From NCBI RefSeq assembly GCF_009914755.1, contig NC_060928.1: a stretch of 64,000 nt of DNA; one strand, 5' to 3'. Both the position numbers and the translations under genes were made by a program. Every line of letters starts with the position of its first letter. The first letter of the stretch is position 1. Below the pieces are notes generated by a model. It was not told the origin of the DNA and ran no database searches. It saw only the letters and a list, made by a program, of their open reading frames with translations. Positions 29,885 through 44,230 of the stretch are shown one piece after another. The stretch is from the human T2T-CHM13v2.0 reference genome, Homo sapiens.

Positions 29885-30889
29885 TGAGTCTGTAGGAGAA
29901 TTCAGTAAAGCAGGTAATTATTGTTTGGGGAAGAATCATTTAAGTGGTTTCCTCACTTCCGTAAGCATGGTGTGAATAGACTCCATTTTCCTGATGGACA
30001 GTATCACTTTGAAAAAATTTTCCTTTTTCTGGGAAGGGTCATGCAAGTGGCCTTGCTTAGTCACTTAAGTGCAGGGCGAGTTGGCTGTTATTCTGGAAAA
30101 GGAGTATAATCAGAACTTTGATGTCTTAAGTGTCTTTATAAAGTTGTGAGGTCATTGCTGCAGAAAAAGGTGGGAATTTCCCTGGCCAAATGCTCCTGGG
30201 GTCATGTTCCATTCTGAGAAGTGACCCTGGGCAGGAACTGAAAAAGTTTAGTCACTAAGGGATTCTTGAGCTCAGAAATCTCAGATCAGGAGGATCTTGT
30301 AATGGGACAAGATGTTGGGGATGGTCTTTCTTTATAAAGAAGTGATGTGAAAGGAAGGAATAGAGGATTGAGCCTCCTCTATTGAGCTCCCACACTGCCC
30401 TCTGAATGTGGCTTCCAGGGTGTTGGTTGCTTTTCATCTTCTTGTATTGCTCCAGAGAACTCCAAACAAATGTTCTGGGACCCTCTCATCCCAGGTTTCT
30501 CAGCCTTGAGCACCCCTGGATGTACTAACATTTGCACATCCAGCCCATGCAGGCAAACACAGACCTTACCTGCAGGGTTATCCTGAGAATTTTCCCTGGT
30601 TTGCTTTGGGCATATCTGGACTTAGTCAACACCTACATTATCCTCTGTAGTTACTGCTCTAGTTTTCTCTTCCTCTCTCCTTATGTTTCTCTTTTATTGT
30701 TCGAAATTTTGAAAATTTGTTTAGATACTTGCACCTGAGAGCAAATAAGACAATTTCCTGTATGAAGGAATTTAACTTCATCTTTGAGCTCTGTCTGGGT
30801 GCTGTATGAAGGGGAGGACCATTCAGGCTTTGGATCCATGTCCACAGGGGTCATCTCATGTCACTAGCTAAGAGATTCTCTTTTTGTGG

Positions 30890-31248
30890 TGTATGAGCCT
30901 GTTTTCATGCTGCTGATAAAGGCATACCTGAGACTAGGCAATTTACGAAAGAAAGAGGTTTAATTGGACTTACAGTTCCACATAGCTGGGGAAGCCTCAC
31001 AGTCAAGGCTGGAGGCAAGGAGGAACATGTCATGTCTTACATGGATGGCAGCAGGCAAAGAGAGAGAGAGCTTGTGCAGGGGAACTCCTCTTTTTAAAAC
31101 CATCAGATCTCGTGAGACTTCTTCACTATCATGAGAACAGCACAGGAAAGACCTGCCTCCATGATTCAATTACCTCCCACTGGGTCCCTCCCACAACACA
31201 TGGGAATTCAAGATGAGATTTGGGTGGGGACACAGCCTAACCATATCA
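30890..31248 (-). mobile_element. THE1A/B solo LTR
   Basis: ttttcatgctgctgataaag...gggaattcaagatgagatttgggtggggacacagcctaaccatatca. Confidence 0.92.
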
Positions 31249-31459
31249 CATGGGGAGTCAGAGATTACAGTCTTCACCATTGTCTCTGGGGATTAAGTCG
31301 GGGGTGGGAAGAATTCAAATTTTCATTTTTTGTCTTTCTGCCAAAGATCAGTCATTGGATACTTAATGCCTAATCAACCCACTGGTCACTACAGGGCCAA
31401 GTATAGAGGATCTACCACTTATTCTCAAGTCTGGCTTTGGATACAAGGACTCTGCTTTA

Positions 31460-31750
31460 GGGTGTGCTTCTTCACCTTCTCCAGGTCTTTGCTTAAATGT
31501 TGTCTACTCCTGAGTTCATCTTGGATCACACTATTTAGGGTTCCCACCTTCTGTCCCAGTGATCCCTGTCTCTTTCCTCTGCTTTATTTTCTCCATAGCA
31601 CCCATCAACGTGTGACCTGCCACAAATGTAACTTACATACCTTCTTCATTGTTTCTCTTCCCATTAGATACCATAAATTTCATGAAGGTGTGATTTTTGG
31701 TCTCTTGTTCATCACTGCAGTCACAGTGACTAGAACAGTGTCCAGTTCAA
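31460..31750 (+). mobile_element. L2 3' fragment
   Basis: ctctgctttatttttctccatagcac...ttgttcatcactgc...tagaacagtg. Confidence 0.6.
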
Positions 31751-31760
31751 CACTATTTGA

Positions 31761-31921
31761 GGAAGGAAGGAAGGAAGGAAGGAAGGAAGGAAGGAAGGAA
31801 GGAAGGAAGGAAGGAAGGAAGGAGGGAGGGAGGGAGAGAGGGAGGGAGGGAAGGGAGGAAGGGAGGGAGGGAGGGAAGGAAGAGGATGAGAAAAGAGAGA
31901 GGGAGGGAGGAAGGAGAGGAA
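31761..31921. repeat. (GGAA)15 plus polypurine tract
   Basis: 15 consecutive GGAA at 31761-31820, then GGGA-rich. Confidence 0.95.
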
Positions 31922-33454
31922 GTAGAGTTCAGGGAAGGAAGCCAATAGCTTCAAAGAATCACTAATGGAAGACAGAATTATTATTTTGGTCTCCTCTAAA
32001 GGTTCTAGTCTATGTTTGAGAGAAACACTCATAGACATGTGGACAAGAACCCAAGGGTCTTTTAGGACTTCTCAGATTACCACACCTTAGAAATGGCCAC
32101 AGAAACTGCTGTTATACACACATGCTCATACACACACTTAAATCTCTGCATGACATGTTTATTTGTGTTTGCAGCCTTTCATATATCTCTGCATGGAAAG
32201 GTAAGGAAAAAAAAACTTTATTTCCTAGAACACGATGTTAATGAGGTCATGACTGCAGGTTCAGTCCTTAGATAGCCCAAGTATATTGGTGTTGTCTAAC
32301 TGCCCAGAGTGAGCTTCTAAGTCTAGCCATTGCCTGAAAAATGCTTTAATTAATTGTTCAGTTCCATAGTAATAGGGCAAATGAGTGAGTGTGGGAATGT
32401 AAATGGATTGACGCAAATCCATTACTGCTCCTAGAAAAGCAGCTCAAAATTTCTGACCCACTGCAGTTGGCTCAAGAGATCAGTAGATCTTTACTCCCAA
32501 AAGCTAGCATATAATGCCCATTTCCCGCCCCCTGCCAGATTTAGAAATACAACTTGTCTTCAGAGTAGCTAAGTACAGAAGTCAATTCAGAATAAATGAT
32601 GAAATCTCTAACTTCTTCCAGCTAAGGACAAAAGTCTGATTATCAGACCCTTTTCTTCTAATGTTAAGAGGTGGATAGGCAAGCATATGAAAATAATATC
32701 CCTTTGGGGATAGTTCCCACTGCCTCTCACACTGTTGGCTAACAGTTAACAACCTTGGAACATCCAGAGGTTATTTTTTCTTACAATATTATTCACTTCA
32801 TTTATAAACTTTTTGAGAATTTGCTATTTGTAAGGCATAGAACTAGCTTTGCAGATGTCAAAAATGAATCCGACACAGACATCGCATTTATGAACTTATG
32901 GAGTCCATAAGAACTTATGGACCAATAAGCAGACAAGACAATAATGTCTTGTCAATATCCTGTTGTTTGCCACATTTACTACGCGATTGAAATCAATAAG
33001 AATACTATAAATAATTCTGTTTGCTTTTTTATTCAATGTACATAAATGTGCTGCTAGTTCTTTGAACAAAAAGAAAAAAAACTGAAAGCATCCCCATGCA
33101 CACCATTCTAGGTTTCCCTAATCATATTCAAACACCTTTGAGCAACACCCTCAAAAGTCTAAAATCTTGCAGCAACTGAGCTGTAGGTAAAGCTGCAAGG
33201 CTTGCAAAAAAACAACAAAGAAACAAGAGTGAGGTATTGCAAGGAGGAATCCCAAAAAATAATCTCAATCTGAGTTTTCCCAATTTAAGATAAACTTTAA
33301 AATGTCTGAAGTGAAGAAAAGATGTGGACAGTTATGCAGGAACAAGCTGGGTCTCCTGCTGAATTTTTATCAGATTATCAACTGGGAAAGGCAGTGGTAA
33401 AAGTAGTAAAAGTTGAGGTTGATTTTATTTTTTAAAAGCCTGAGAACAAGATTA

Positions 33455-34280
33455 AATGGCCAAAGGCATATGAAAAGATCTTCAATGTTAGCAATCATCA
33501 GGGAGATGCAAATAAAAAACACAAGGATACAACAACTTATACCTGTTATCAAAAAAGACAAAGATGACACCTATTATCAAAAAAGGCGAAAGATGACGGA
33601 TATTGGTGAGGTTGTAGGGAAGCTGGAACTCTTGAATACTGTTGGTGAGAATGCAAAATGGTGCAGCTGCCATGGAAAATAGCATGGAGGTTCTTCCAAA
33701 ACTAAAAAATTGAATTACCATATGACCCAGGAATCTCACTCCTGGCTATAAATCCAAAAGAATTGAAATCAGGATCTCAAAGAGATGTCTGCATTTCCAT
33801 GTTCATTGCAGCACTATTCAAGATAGCCAAGATGCGGAAATAACCTCAATGTCCCTCACCAGATGAATGGATAATAAAAAGGTGGTATATACATGCAGTG
33901 AGTATTATCCAACCTTCAAAAAGAAGAAGATTCTGCCATATGTGACAACATGGATAAACCTGGAAGGCATTTTGCCAATCAAAATAGGCCAGTCACAGAA
34001 GGACAAAACTGCACGATTCCATTTACACGAAGTGTCTAAAAAAGTCACACTCAGAAGTGAAGAGAGCAGAACAGTTGTTGCTGGGGGCAGGAAAGAGGAA
34101 AAAATGGGAGTTGATAATTAATGGGCATAAAGTTTCAGTTATGCAAGATGAAAAAATTCTACAGATCTGCTGTACAACACTGTGCCTACGGTTAACAATA
34201 CTGTATTGGACCCTCAAAAATCTGTTAAGAGGGTATATCTCATGTTAAATGTTCTTGCCATAATGAAATAAAAATTAAAA
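33455..34280 (+). mobile_element. L1MB-type 3' end
   Basis: MKRSSMLAIIREMQIK ORF2 C-terminus, L1MB-like 3'UTR, A-rich end. Confidence 0.88.
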
Positions 34281-34563
34281 AGCCTCAGAAGTTATCCTGT
34301 TATAAACGGACTTGGTTAAATAGGTAGAAACAGATTCTCATTGGCGTTCTCATGGTGGTTTCTGCAAGGATTGTGGAGATGTCCATCTCCCTTATATTGG
34401 AGCAGTATTTCCAACTGAGGTGTGGAATTGGGGGATACAACTGCTTCTAAGCATTTATTGGCAATTGGAGAAATGGCTGGTGGCAGAGTCCATGGGGTAG
34501 AGCATCATTCTTGGTAGCTCTGGTGTGTGCATGCACATGTGCATATGCATGCATGCACACCAA

Positions 34564-34590
34564 ACACACACACACACACACACACACACA
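34564..34590. repeat. (CA)n microsatellite
   Basis: Directly visible. Confidence 0.9.
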
Positions 34591-34864
34591 GTGTGGAAAG
34601 ACCTCGAGGTCTGTCCTAAATTTCATCAGAAGCCCCAGGCCACCTTGGACCTGCTCCTCCTGGTTGTAGAGCCCCTACGAGGCAGAAGCAGGCGGCTTTT
34701 AGTTTAAGCAGCCACTGTGGGCCAGCAGGAGGGGAGGCAGCCAGTGCAGCGACTGCTTCTGTGGCCATTTCTAAGGTGTGGTGATCTGATTAGTCCTAAA
34801 ACCCCTTTGGTTCTTGTCCACATGTCTATCAATGTTTCTCTCAAACGCAGACTAGAACCTTTAG

Positions 34865-35362
<498 letters not shown>

Positions 35363-35564
35363 TAACTTTTGCTCTCGATGTTTCTGCTTTAGCTTAATAT
35401 GGTGGGAGCTTTCAGGCCTTACTGTAGTGTCTGGTTTTTCAATACTTACTATTTGGCTTTTCAAATGACCTAAAGTTCCTATTTAAAAAATGGATATTAG
35501 AGTCTTAGAAGAAATGAAAAAAGTGATCATGAATGTGATTGGGAAAAATAATTACCGACAGACA

Positions 35565-36510
35565 TCTTCCACCTCTTGGCTATTGTGAACAGTGCGGCTA
35601 TAAACATGAGTGTATAAATATCTCTTTGAGATGTTGCTTTCAATTATTTTGGATATACACTCAGAATTGGAATTGCAGGATTATATGATAATTCTATTTT
35701 TAATTTTATGAGAAACTGCCATACTATTTTTCGTAGCAGCTGCACCATTTTATATTTCTACCAACAGTGCACAAGGGTTCCAGTTTCTCCATATCCTCAC
35801 CAACACTTGATATTTGCTGAATGTAGAGTGTCTTGCTTGTTGGCTTTTGATAGTAACCATCCTGATGGATATGAGGCAATATCTACTGTAGTTTTAATTT
35901 GCATTTCCCTAATGATTAGTGCTGTGAACCGAAAGTCCCCTCCAAAACTCATGCTGAAATTTAATTGCCATTGTAGCAGTGTTTAGAAGCACGACCTTTA
36001 AGAGGTCATGAGGGCTCTGCCCTATAAATGAATTAATGCTGTTATCACAGAAGTGGGTTAGTTATTTCAGGAGTGGGCTCCTGATAAAGGGATGAGTTTG
36101 GCCACATTTCTTCTCTTTGTATTTTTTGCTCTCATGTTCTTCTGCCATGGGATGACCCTCATCAGATACCAGTGCCCTTGGACTTCTCAGCCTCCAGAAC
36201 AGTGAGGTAAATAAATGTCTATCGTTTGTAATTACCCAGTCTGGATATTCTGTTACAGCAGCAGAAAATGGACTAAGAATTAGTAACGTTGAGTATCTTT
36301 TCATATGCTTGTTAGCCATTTGTACATCATCTTTGAAGAAATGTCTATTCAAGTCCTTTGCCAATTTTTATTTGGGTTACTTTTTGCTGTGTTGTTGAGT
36401 TGTAGGATTTCTGTATACCTTCTGGATATTGACCCTTTATCAGATATATGATATGAAATTTTTTTCCATTCACTAGGTTGCCTCCTCACTCTGTTCATTA
36501 TGTCAAATGT
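35565..36510 (-). mobile_element. L1 (L1MA/MB) ORF2 3' fragment interrupted by MST LTR
   Basis: AKDLNRHFFKDDVQMANKHMKRYS and RVRRQPSEWKK. Confidence 0.88.
35920..36278 (+). mobile_element. MSTC/D-like solo LTR
   Basis: TSD attag at 35915-35919 and 36279-36283. Confidence 0.85.
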
Positions 36511-38011
36511 TAAATTTGAAGAAAATTGTAACACGGAAATCTCAAGGTCTAGAGTTTTAAATTTCCTCAACATTATAGAAAATAGATTTACTCCTTATAC
36601 AAACAAGTCTGCCTCTGAATTTTCTAAAAACTATAGAACTCTAAATTTAGGAGACTAGATGTCAGGGTTGGAAGTTTCCAACTTTGATAAAGCACAGTGT
36701 ATTTTTCCCCATAAAAAGCATGATTTTGCTTGATAAAAAAGAAGTGGTACGTAAAGGATGTAAAATAAACAGGCAGGTACAGATCCTGAGGCAAGCTGGC
36801 ACCTAGAATAATGAAGGGAATGCAGAACAAACCATGTAAATACCATTGTAAAACACCAGGATTCTAATCTGGAAACCTAAAACAAGAAAAGGGGACCCTA
36901 ATCAACTTACACAAAATCAGGAAGAATGAAGAGAGAGAACAGTCACAAGATAAGGTGATTTAAGATGTAAATTTGTTTAAGTAATTCATACAGGTTACAA
37001 TCAAGTAAATCAGGAATGTTTATAGTGAAATACCATGAAGACTGCCAGGAGAACAATAGGCTTCCGAATAGCTGCTTTGTGGCTATAAGGGAATAGATGG
37101 CAGCAAAAAATCACAGAAAAAAGAAACAACAAAACTTACTTTATATTTTAAAATTTTAGCACACAAAACAATGCTTTATTTAAAAATTCAAAACCTGAGA
37201 GCACAGGAAATTGGACTCTTTTGACTCTCAATCGCCAGGCCTACCACATGGCCATTGGCAAAGAATTTGTCCAGAATACTCTGTTTTTCCAGCTGGAGAG
37301 TCAGTCTACAGCCTCAGGTGACCCTGGCTGTACAGCAGAAAAATGGATAACTCACAATATTCTAGTTCTGTTCCACACTGGAGGCCTACCCAAGTAAACT
37401 GGCAGGTGCCAGAGCAAATAGAAACATCAGATATTGATTCTGGAAACATCCCAGAATACTGACCTGGACCAAAGGGAACTTAGCATTATGGATGTAAATG
37501 AGGAAGGCAGCAACCTGTCAGAGGACTGCTAAGAGTTAGAGAGACCTGAAGAGAAAGACTTCCAAACCGGCCGAACCAGATCTGAGTGTCTGTTGGACAA
37601 TGATCTCAATTTTTAAAGAACAGACCATTAGGCACAATCAGAAACTGACTTAGATTTCTATTTATCTTACACTAAAAAAAGGCAAAAACAAAAACAAACC
37701 AAGCTTAAGCAAATAAAATGGAGTATTTACAGCAGGCTGTGCTCTGCAGGAGAATCAAGAAAGTCTAGGCCACCTAACTCCGCTGCAAAGCATTCCTAGA
37801 AACACATGTAAAAATAGATCTTCATACAGCAGACTGTACCTTCTTGTAGGAATGAGATTGTAATTTGGGGTTGGCTTCCTGATCCAGGGTATGACCAACA
37901 ATACATTATAAGGCAAAACTTCACATATGAATTTCTACAATTTTTAAAATTATAAAAGTGTGCTTCAAGTCCCTATAAAATGCACTTTACATACTGATTA
38001 TATAAAAGCGA

Positions 38012-38305
38012 ACAGGGCATGGTGGCTCATGCCTATAACCCCAGCACTTTGGGAGGCTGAGGCGGAAGGATCACTTGAGGCCAGGAGTTTAAGACCACCC
38101 TGAGCAATACTGTAAGACCCCATCTCTATAAAAAAAATCTAAAAGGTTAAGATAGGCATGGTGTTGTGCACCTGTAGTCCCAGCTACTCAAGAGGCTGAG
38201 TTGGGAGGACTATTTGAGCCCATGAGTTCAAGGTTACAGTGAACAATGATCATGCTACTGTCCTTCAGCCTGAGCAACGGAGAGAGGCCCCCATCTCAAA
38301 AAATG
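38012..38305 (+). mobile_element. Alu (AluJ-type)
   Basis: ggatcacttgaggccagg, aaggttacagtga. Confidence 0.92.
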
Positions 38306-38311
38306 ATAATA

Positions 38312-38615
38312 GGCCAGGTGGAGTGGCTCATGCTTATAATCCCAGCACTTTGGGAGGCTGAGGCGGGCAGATCACAAGGTCAGGAGTTCGAGACCAGACT
38401 GGCCAACATGGTGAAACCCTGTCTCTACTAAAAATACAAAAATTAGCCGGGCCTGGTGGCGCGTGCCTGTAATCCCAGCTACTGGAGAGGCTGAAGCAGG
38501 AGAATAGCTTGAACTCAGAAGGCGGGGGTTGCAGTGAGCAGAGACCACGCCACTGTACTCCAGCCTAGGCGACAGAGCAAGACTCCGTCTCAAAAAATAA
38601 TAATAATGATAAATA
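38312..38615 (+). mobile_element. Alu (AluSg-like), in the tail of the preceding Alu
   Basis: gatcacaaggtcaggagttcgag (2-nt deletion), (AAT)n tail. Confidence 0.93.
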
Positions 38616-38749
38616 AACAAAACAATAATAAAAATGTTAAAAGCCAAATAAGCTCTAAACTGTCAACAGAGTACATAAAAATATAGATCTGTGATTTCAA
38701 CTTTGTTTTATTTTACAAAATGTGCTGCTACAACATAGATAACACAACT

Positions 38750-38940
38750 GCCTGTATTTATTAAGCACTTACTAAGTGTCCCCACAAACTAAGAGCTTTA
38801 TCTGCATCATCTTATTTGATCTTCTCAATGAATCTATGGGGAAACTGAGGCTTAAAATGGCAACATCACTCATCCAAGTACAATTATTTAAATAAGTGAC
38901 TGAATTGCAATTTAAACCCAAGGCATCTAATTCTAGAGCT
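38750..38940 (-). mobile_element. MIR
   Basis: tatttattaagcacttac...ggaaactgaggctta...tttaaacccaag. Confidence 0.65.
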
Positions 38941-39294
38941 AGTGAAACAAAGCTCTGAATTAGGGTGAAACAAAGTGAATTTTAAGCATGTCATAAATCT
39001 ATGGAGTTTGAGAGCCTAAAGAGGCATCAGATAACATTTAGCTCAGTTCCTTTATGTTATAGATAATGATCATAATTTCAAGAGAAGTGAAATTACTTAT
39101 AAGTGTTTCTTAGTGACAAAGCCAAGGCCAGAATTCTATTGATTTCCAAATTAATTTTTTTTCCACTTTATCCAGTTGACTCAAGACAGTCTCTTCCCAC
39201 TTTAGTCCAGCAATTTTAAGATGTGTACAATTTCCATATACAGAATGACTATTCAAGTTCCCTGAAGGAATACTGCAGTCCCAATTGGTTACCT

Positions 39295-39630
39295 AATTAA
39301 TCTATTACTTCAAAACTTTGTGGTTTAAAACAACGAACATTTACTGTCTCAGAGTTTTTGTGGGCAGGAATTCAGGATGGGCCTTGCTGGGTTGTCCTAG
39401 CTCAGGGTTGCTCATTCACTTTCAGTCAGGCTCTTCATGGGTCAGGACTGCAGGCAGCTGACTGGGCTTCCTCACTTGCCTGTTGGCAGGAAGCCTTAGC
39501 TCTCGCCACGTGGGCCTTTCCATTGGCTGTTTGAGTGGCATGGCACCTGGGGGCAGAGGGGACATTGTTCAACTTTTTGAAGTGGGAGGAATATCAGAGA
39601 ATTTGTGGGCAGATTTTAAAACCACATCTA
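39295..39630 (-). mobile_element. MLT1-family LTR
   Basis: caaaactttgtggtttaaaacaac...tgtgggcaggaattcagg. Confidence 0.65.
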
Positions 39631-39834
39631 CCTAGCAGACATTTTCTTCTTTTTCTTTTTTTTTTTTCCTCCGAGTCTTAGTTTGGTTTGGTGGTCCTCC
39701 TCACTCCTGTGTAACCTGGAGGTAAATTTTAATTAGTCTGAAACAATCATGGCAATCCTGTAAGGGACATAGGATTCAATCTCAGCAAGAATATATCAAG
39801 AGATGTCTGCTGGAGGCTTTATGAGAATGGGTTT

Positions 39835-40623
39835 TGTATACCAAAAGTAAAATCCTAAGCCCCCCAGCCAACTGGTGGACCCCCTTCTCAGCCAAGGGCA
39901 TTCCAGAGAAATCTGAAAAACTAATTCAGCTCATGGTGGGAAGGGGGGTCATTAAAACAGAGGCCTTAAGACTGACAAAACAGACTCTTTGTAGCAAAAG
40001 ATACCAACATGATAGCTAGCAGGCCCTGACATAAACTGAAGTATATTACCCCAAAATACATTTCTTTGACATATTTTGAAATGGCCCTGCAAAGCCATTT
40101 GCAGGGGGAAAATCTACATTCTGTAGAGAATCCCTTTCCCTTTCCAGGTCTTTTCCCTGATCCAGGAGAGATTTTACCAAGAGTCTGGCACATTTTTAAG
40201 TCTCATAAAAAACATTTATAATCTATTCTCTCTGAAGCCTGCTACCTGTAGTCTTCATCTGCATGACAAAAGCCTTGGCCCTCAAACCCTTATCCTAACC
40301 CAGACACTCCTTTCTGTTGATTCCAGGTCTTCAGATAATAGCTTAACTTTTTCAACCAATTGCCAGTCAGAAAATTTTTGAATCCACCTATGACCTGTAA
40401 GCATCCCCACTTCAAGTTGTCCCACCGTTCTGGACCCAGCCAATGTACGTCTTACATGTGTTGATTAATATCTTATGTCTCCCTAAAACATATAAAACCA
40501 AGCTTAAGCCCAATCACCTTGGGAACCTACTCTCAGAACCTCCTGGGTCTGTGTCACAGGTCATGGTCCTCACATTTGACTCAGAATAAATCTCTTCAAA
40601 TATTTTAGAGTTTGGCTCTTTTC
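39835..40623 (+). mobile_element. MER4-family ERV1 solo LTR
   Basis: tgtataccaaaagtaaaatcctaagccccccagcc...cagaataaatctcttcaaatattttagagtttggctcttttc. Confidence 0.85.
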
Positions 40624-40955
40624 TTACTCTTAAAAAGAGGCACATAGGAGGAGATGGCATCTTCCATCTGGGATCTTTTTGTGTCTCGATGGGACATCTG
40701 GAACTGCTGCAGCCATCGTGCAACCATCAGGAGAGCCAATCTGAGGACAGAGGTAATGTGTTCAGGGGATGGCAGAGAGAAGACCTGGAGAGAACCTAGG
40801 TCTTCATGGTGGTGTCCAGTTACTCTCTTAACCAATCTTGGAGAATATTCCCAACCTCTGCCCTTTTTATTACATGAGATAATACATGGCCTTTATTGTT
40901 CAGGACATTTTAAGTTGTGCTTTCTGTTGCTTTCAGTTAAAAGCCATCTAATATC
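40624..40955 (+). mobile_element. MLT1J/K-like LTR (5' part at ~39780-39834, split by MER4)
   Basis: ctggaactgctgcagccatc...ggatggcagaga...gagaacctaggtctt. Confidence 0.65.
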
Positions 40956-43659
40956 CTATGTAAGATTTAATTCCTGCTCCAAAAATGTGGAGTTGCTGCT
41001 TTTCTTGGCCTAGTCCCAGGCCAGAGCTGTATAGCACTTAATAGTTCAGAATCTAGAGTGAATAACACAGACTCAAAAGGGCTTTCCAGAATACAAGGAC
41101 AAAAAATTGGTTTTCCCCATTCAGCCATTACACCCTCACCCCGCCCCCCGCAACAGTTTCCAATTATTTTCCATTCATCTTTGGAAATTAAGTTTGGGGT
41201 AATGAGAAGGAAGGGAAGGGAGGATAAATGCTTGACCTACTGGCATTCCTCTGCTCACTCTGTACTTATCACCTAAACTGTCTTCTCTCTTGTCCCTTCT
41301 AACTAGCTAAGTCTAACTTCCTCTTCATGGTTTTTCAAGTCACTTCTTGTTCAATAAATTTGAGAGCAGTGCAGTTCCTTTCACATTGATCTGTAATTCC
41401 TCTGGAGTCATAGTAACACATTTGCTAATCACCTGGAGCCATCTCTCGGGTTATATATTCCACATTGCTTTTCTCTTGTTTATTTCTTGCCCTCCCTTGT
41501 ACATTCTAAATTTCCCTGAGGTCAGAGACTCCATATGGTGCCTACCTGCATATGGTAGATGTTTATAACTAGGTCTTGATACACTGATTTAAAGGATAAG
41601 TGAAAATGTGGGGACAGAAAGAAGACAAGAAGAGGAAAATCTAGGAATGCATGTAATCTTGATTTGGCCTATCTTGGAATTTACAATGTCTGGATCTGGT
41701 TGCAGTGTGATGCAGATGCCTTAGGATTCTTAACACAATCGTGTTATTTTTCAGTCATAACTGCACATAGATATCAGAAAAGGAAGATGGGGGAAGCTGA
41801 ACTGAGTCATGAATATAGATTTGCTGGGATTTCAGAGCTAGCCCCTGTTCTCCATTTTTCCACAGAATTTCCTAGGAGTATTTGCTAATACTCTTGGTCA
41901 TGGCTTGTTTCACTTAAATGTGTTTTCAGCCTGGTCCCTCTAAGCAGTGGTTCTAACTGCTGCTCCTCAGGGTATAAAATAACAAGTAAAAGCAGTTGAC
42001 ACCACCGACCGTAATTTTTGCCAAGAAATTTTTAAGCAAGTTCCAAATGGACCTGATGAATGCTCATATATTAGAGTACTGGACAAGGAAATTTCCAGGG
42101 ACAGTAGCCTCTGCTGGCACCTCTTCCAGCCCTAAAGAAGTGCCATTTACCCAACAGGCTTCTGCCAAATGCTTCACTGCTCCCTAGAGTAACATATATT
42201 TACCTTCAGGGTTGTAGCCAGAGCTGTAAACTGCATGTTTTCAGTCCCCTAGGAAGGGGAATGTCTCAATAGAAATACGTTCAGTGCATCTAGGGACCCC
42301 TTTCTAAAATTTTTTCTTTGTAATCCTTTGTGACCTTAAGTTGATTCTTTGAAGTTTTATCTCAGATATACAGGATGCAGGAAGATGCTTACAATTCAAT
42401 CAGATGTCAGGATTCTGTTTCTTTATATGCAAAGAAAAAAACTGGATGAAAAATTATTTAATTAAAACATACGGTCACAGTTCTTTCTGGACAACTTCTG
42501 GTAGTGATGCATCTGCAAAAAAAAAAAAAAGAAGAAATCTCAAAGCAACCAGATTTCTTCTTTGTTCTCTCTCTCAGATTTTCCTCTTTTGTTTTTTCAC
42601 ATTTGTATTTTTTTCCAACACCTGTAAGAAGTACTTTCTCTGTCCCCTTGTCTTGTTCGTAGAATTATCAGCAGTATTGCTCCTGACTGATGACCTCAAC
42701 AATAAACAAATGTTTGAACAAGGCACATGCCCCTTGTTTCAGCTTTTATATTTCACTCTGGCTCTTTATTTCCCTTTAGAACCATGATGGTCAGAGCATA
42801 CACATTTTCTGATATTTCTTCAGAATATTATATCAGGACACTGCTTTCATTTCCTTTCTTCATAAACTCTCGATTTCTACCAAATGGCTTCTGTGGTGAA
42901 AGAGTCTTTGGGCCTCCCTGTTGCCCATACCCAACCTTTGAGCCTAACAGTAGTTCTGGCTGGAGGATGCCCTTTAGCTCACAGTTAAGAACAAGGGGGC
43001 ATTTTACCCCACCGCTGGTCTAGTTAATTTACAAACAAACAACAGAGCAAATGGCCCAGCTGCTGCGTGGGCCTTTTCCTGTGTCCATGTCTCTGACCCC
43101 CAGAGGAGTGGGTTTCCCATCACTACTAATGTCAACTGGTGCCTGATCATGATCCTGACTGCCCCTCAACCTTTGTTTTGAGTGATATGAATGTAATCCC
43201 ATATATAACCAGACTCTAAATCTGAATTCACAAAGAACTATAATTTTCAAAATGACAGTGGCTGCTTCTTAACTCTTAGCAGTAATTCTTAAATCTTAGT
43301 GTGTTTCATAATGCAAACTCCCTGTTCCTTACCTCAGATAATTGAAACAGATTGTATGGGAAAGTGATTCCCAGGAATCTGTATTTTCAATAAGCAGCCC
43401 TAGGTACTCATGATGAAGGGAATCTAACAGACTAGTCTGGAAACATTGTCTTAGAAAGTGTATTTTTCTGGTTCTAATGATTGATAGGGAAAAAATGCTT
43501 ATTTTAATAATAGTTTATTTTATTGGAAGATTTCATTCATCCAACAAATTATGTGCCAGGTTTGCACATTGTACGAAAACACTGGGATTAGTAATACAGC
43601 ATTTCTCCCATCAAAGAACCTCAAATAATCCACTAGTTTCTTTTAACCTAATGATCTAA

Positions 43660-44230
43660 TATTTAAGAGCTCAGGCTCTAGAGCCAAGCAGACCCGACAC
43701 TGCCAATTACTAGTTGTGCAACTTGAGCAAATTACTGAAACCTTCTGAGCCTGTTTCCACATTTGAAAATGGGGATAATAATACCTACCTCATAAGATTT
43801 GTTGTGAGGAGCAAATAAGATAAGGCACGTCAAGGGTTCAGCACTTCTGATAAATGCAAGAGGAAGATAAGAGGGAAGGTCGCCTGAGAATCTCCGACAA
43901 GCATGCGCACTGGGAGGATGGGGTGGAGCCACAGGAAGTTCTAGCCCATTGCAGCGGGGAGGAGCCTGGGCTCTCCTGTTCCTAGGTGGGAACCTGGGAT
44001 TCAATCTGTGAGGCAGGAAATCTGCTAACAGGACTCTCTCTTGCTTTGTGGAGAATTATTTTTCCTTTTACTTTTTGCCCACTAATTTCCATTTTTCCTC
44101 ACCCTTCAAAGTGTCTGCATGCCTAACTCTTCCTGGTCATGTGACAAGAACCTGGTTTTTGCTTTTTTCTACAACACTTCTTTCACTCAAGTGTCTGGAA
44201 CATAATAAGTGGTCAGTAAATGTTAAATAA
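43660..44230 (+). mobile_element. MIR interrupted by an LTR
   Basis: ttaagagctcaggctctagagcc...aaaatggggataataatacctacctca; resumes at ~44190. Confidence 0.8.
43848..44176 (+). mobile_element. ERV1-class solo LTR (MER61/LTR28-like)
   Basis: TG...CA ends, 4-bp TSD cttc at 43844-43847 and 44177-44180. Confidence 0.8.

Noticed and set aside
31330-31965. 211-aa ORF
   Set aside because: Read-through of L2 and GGAA low-complexity sequence.
37200-37700. Processed pseudogene fragment
   Set aside because: The plus-strand frames I translated matched nothing I recognise; no clear TSD.
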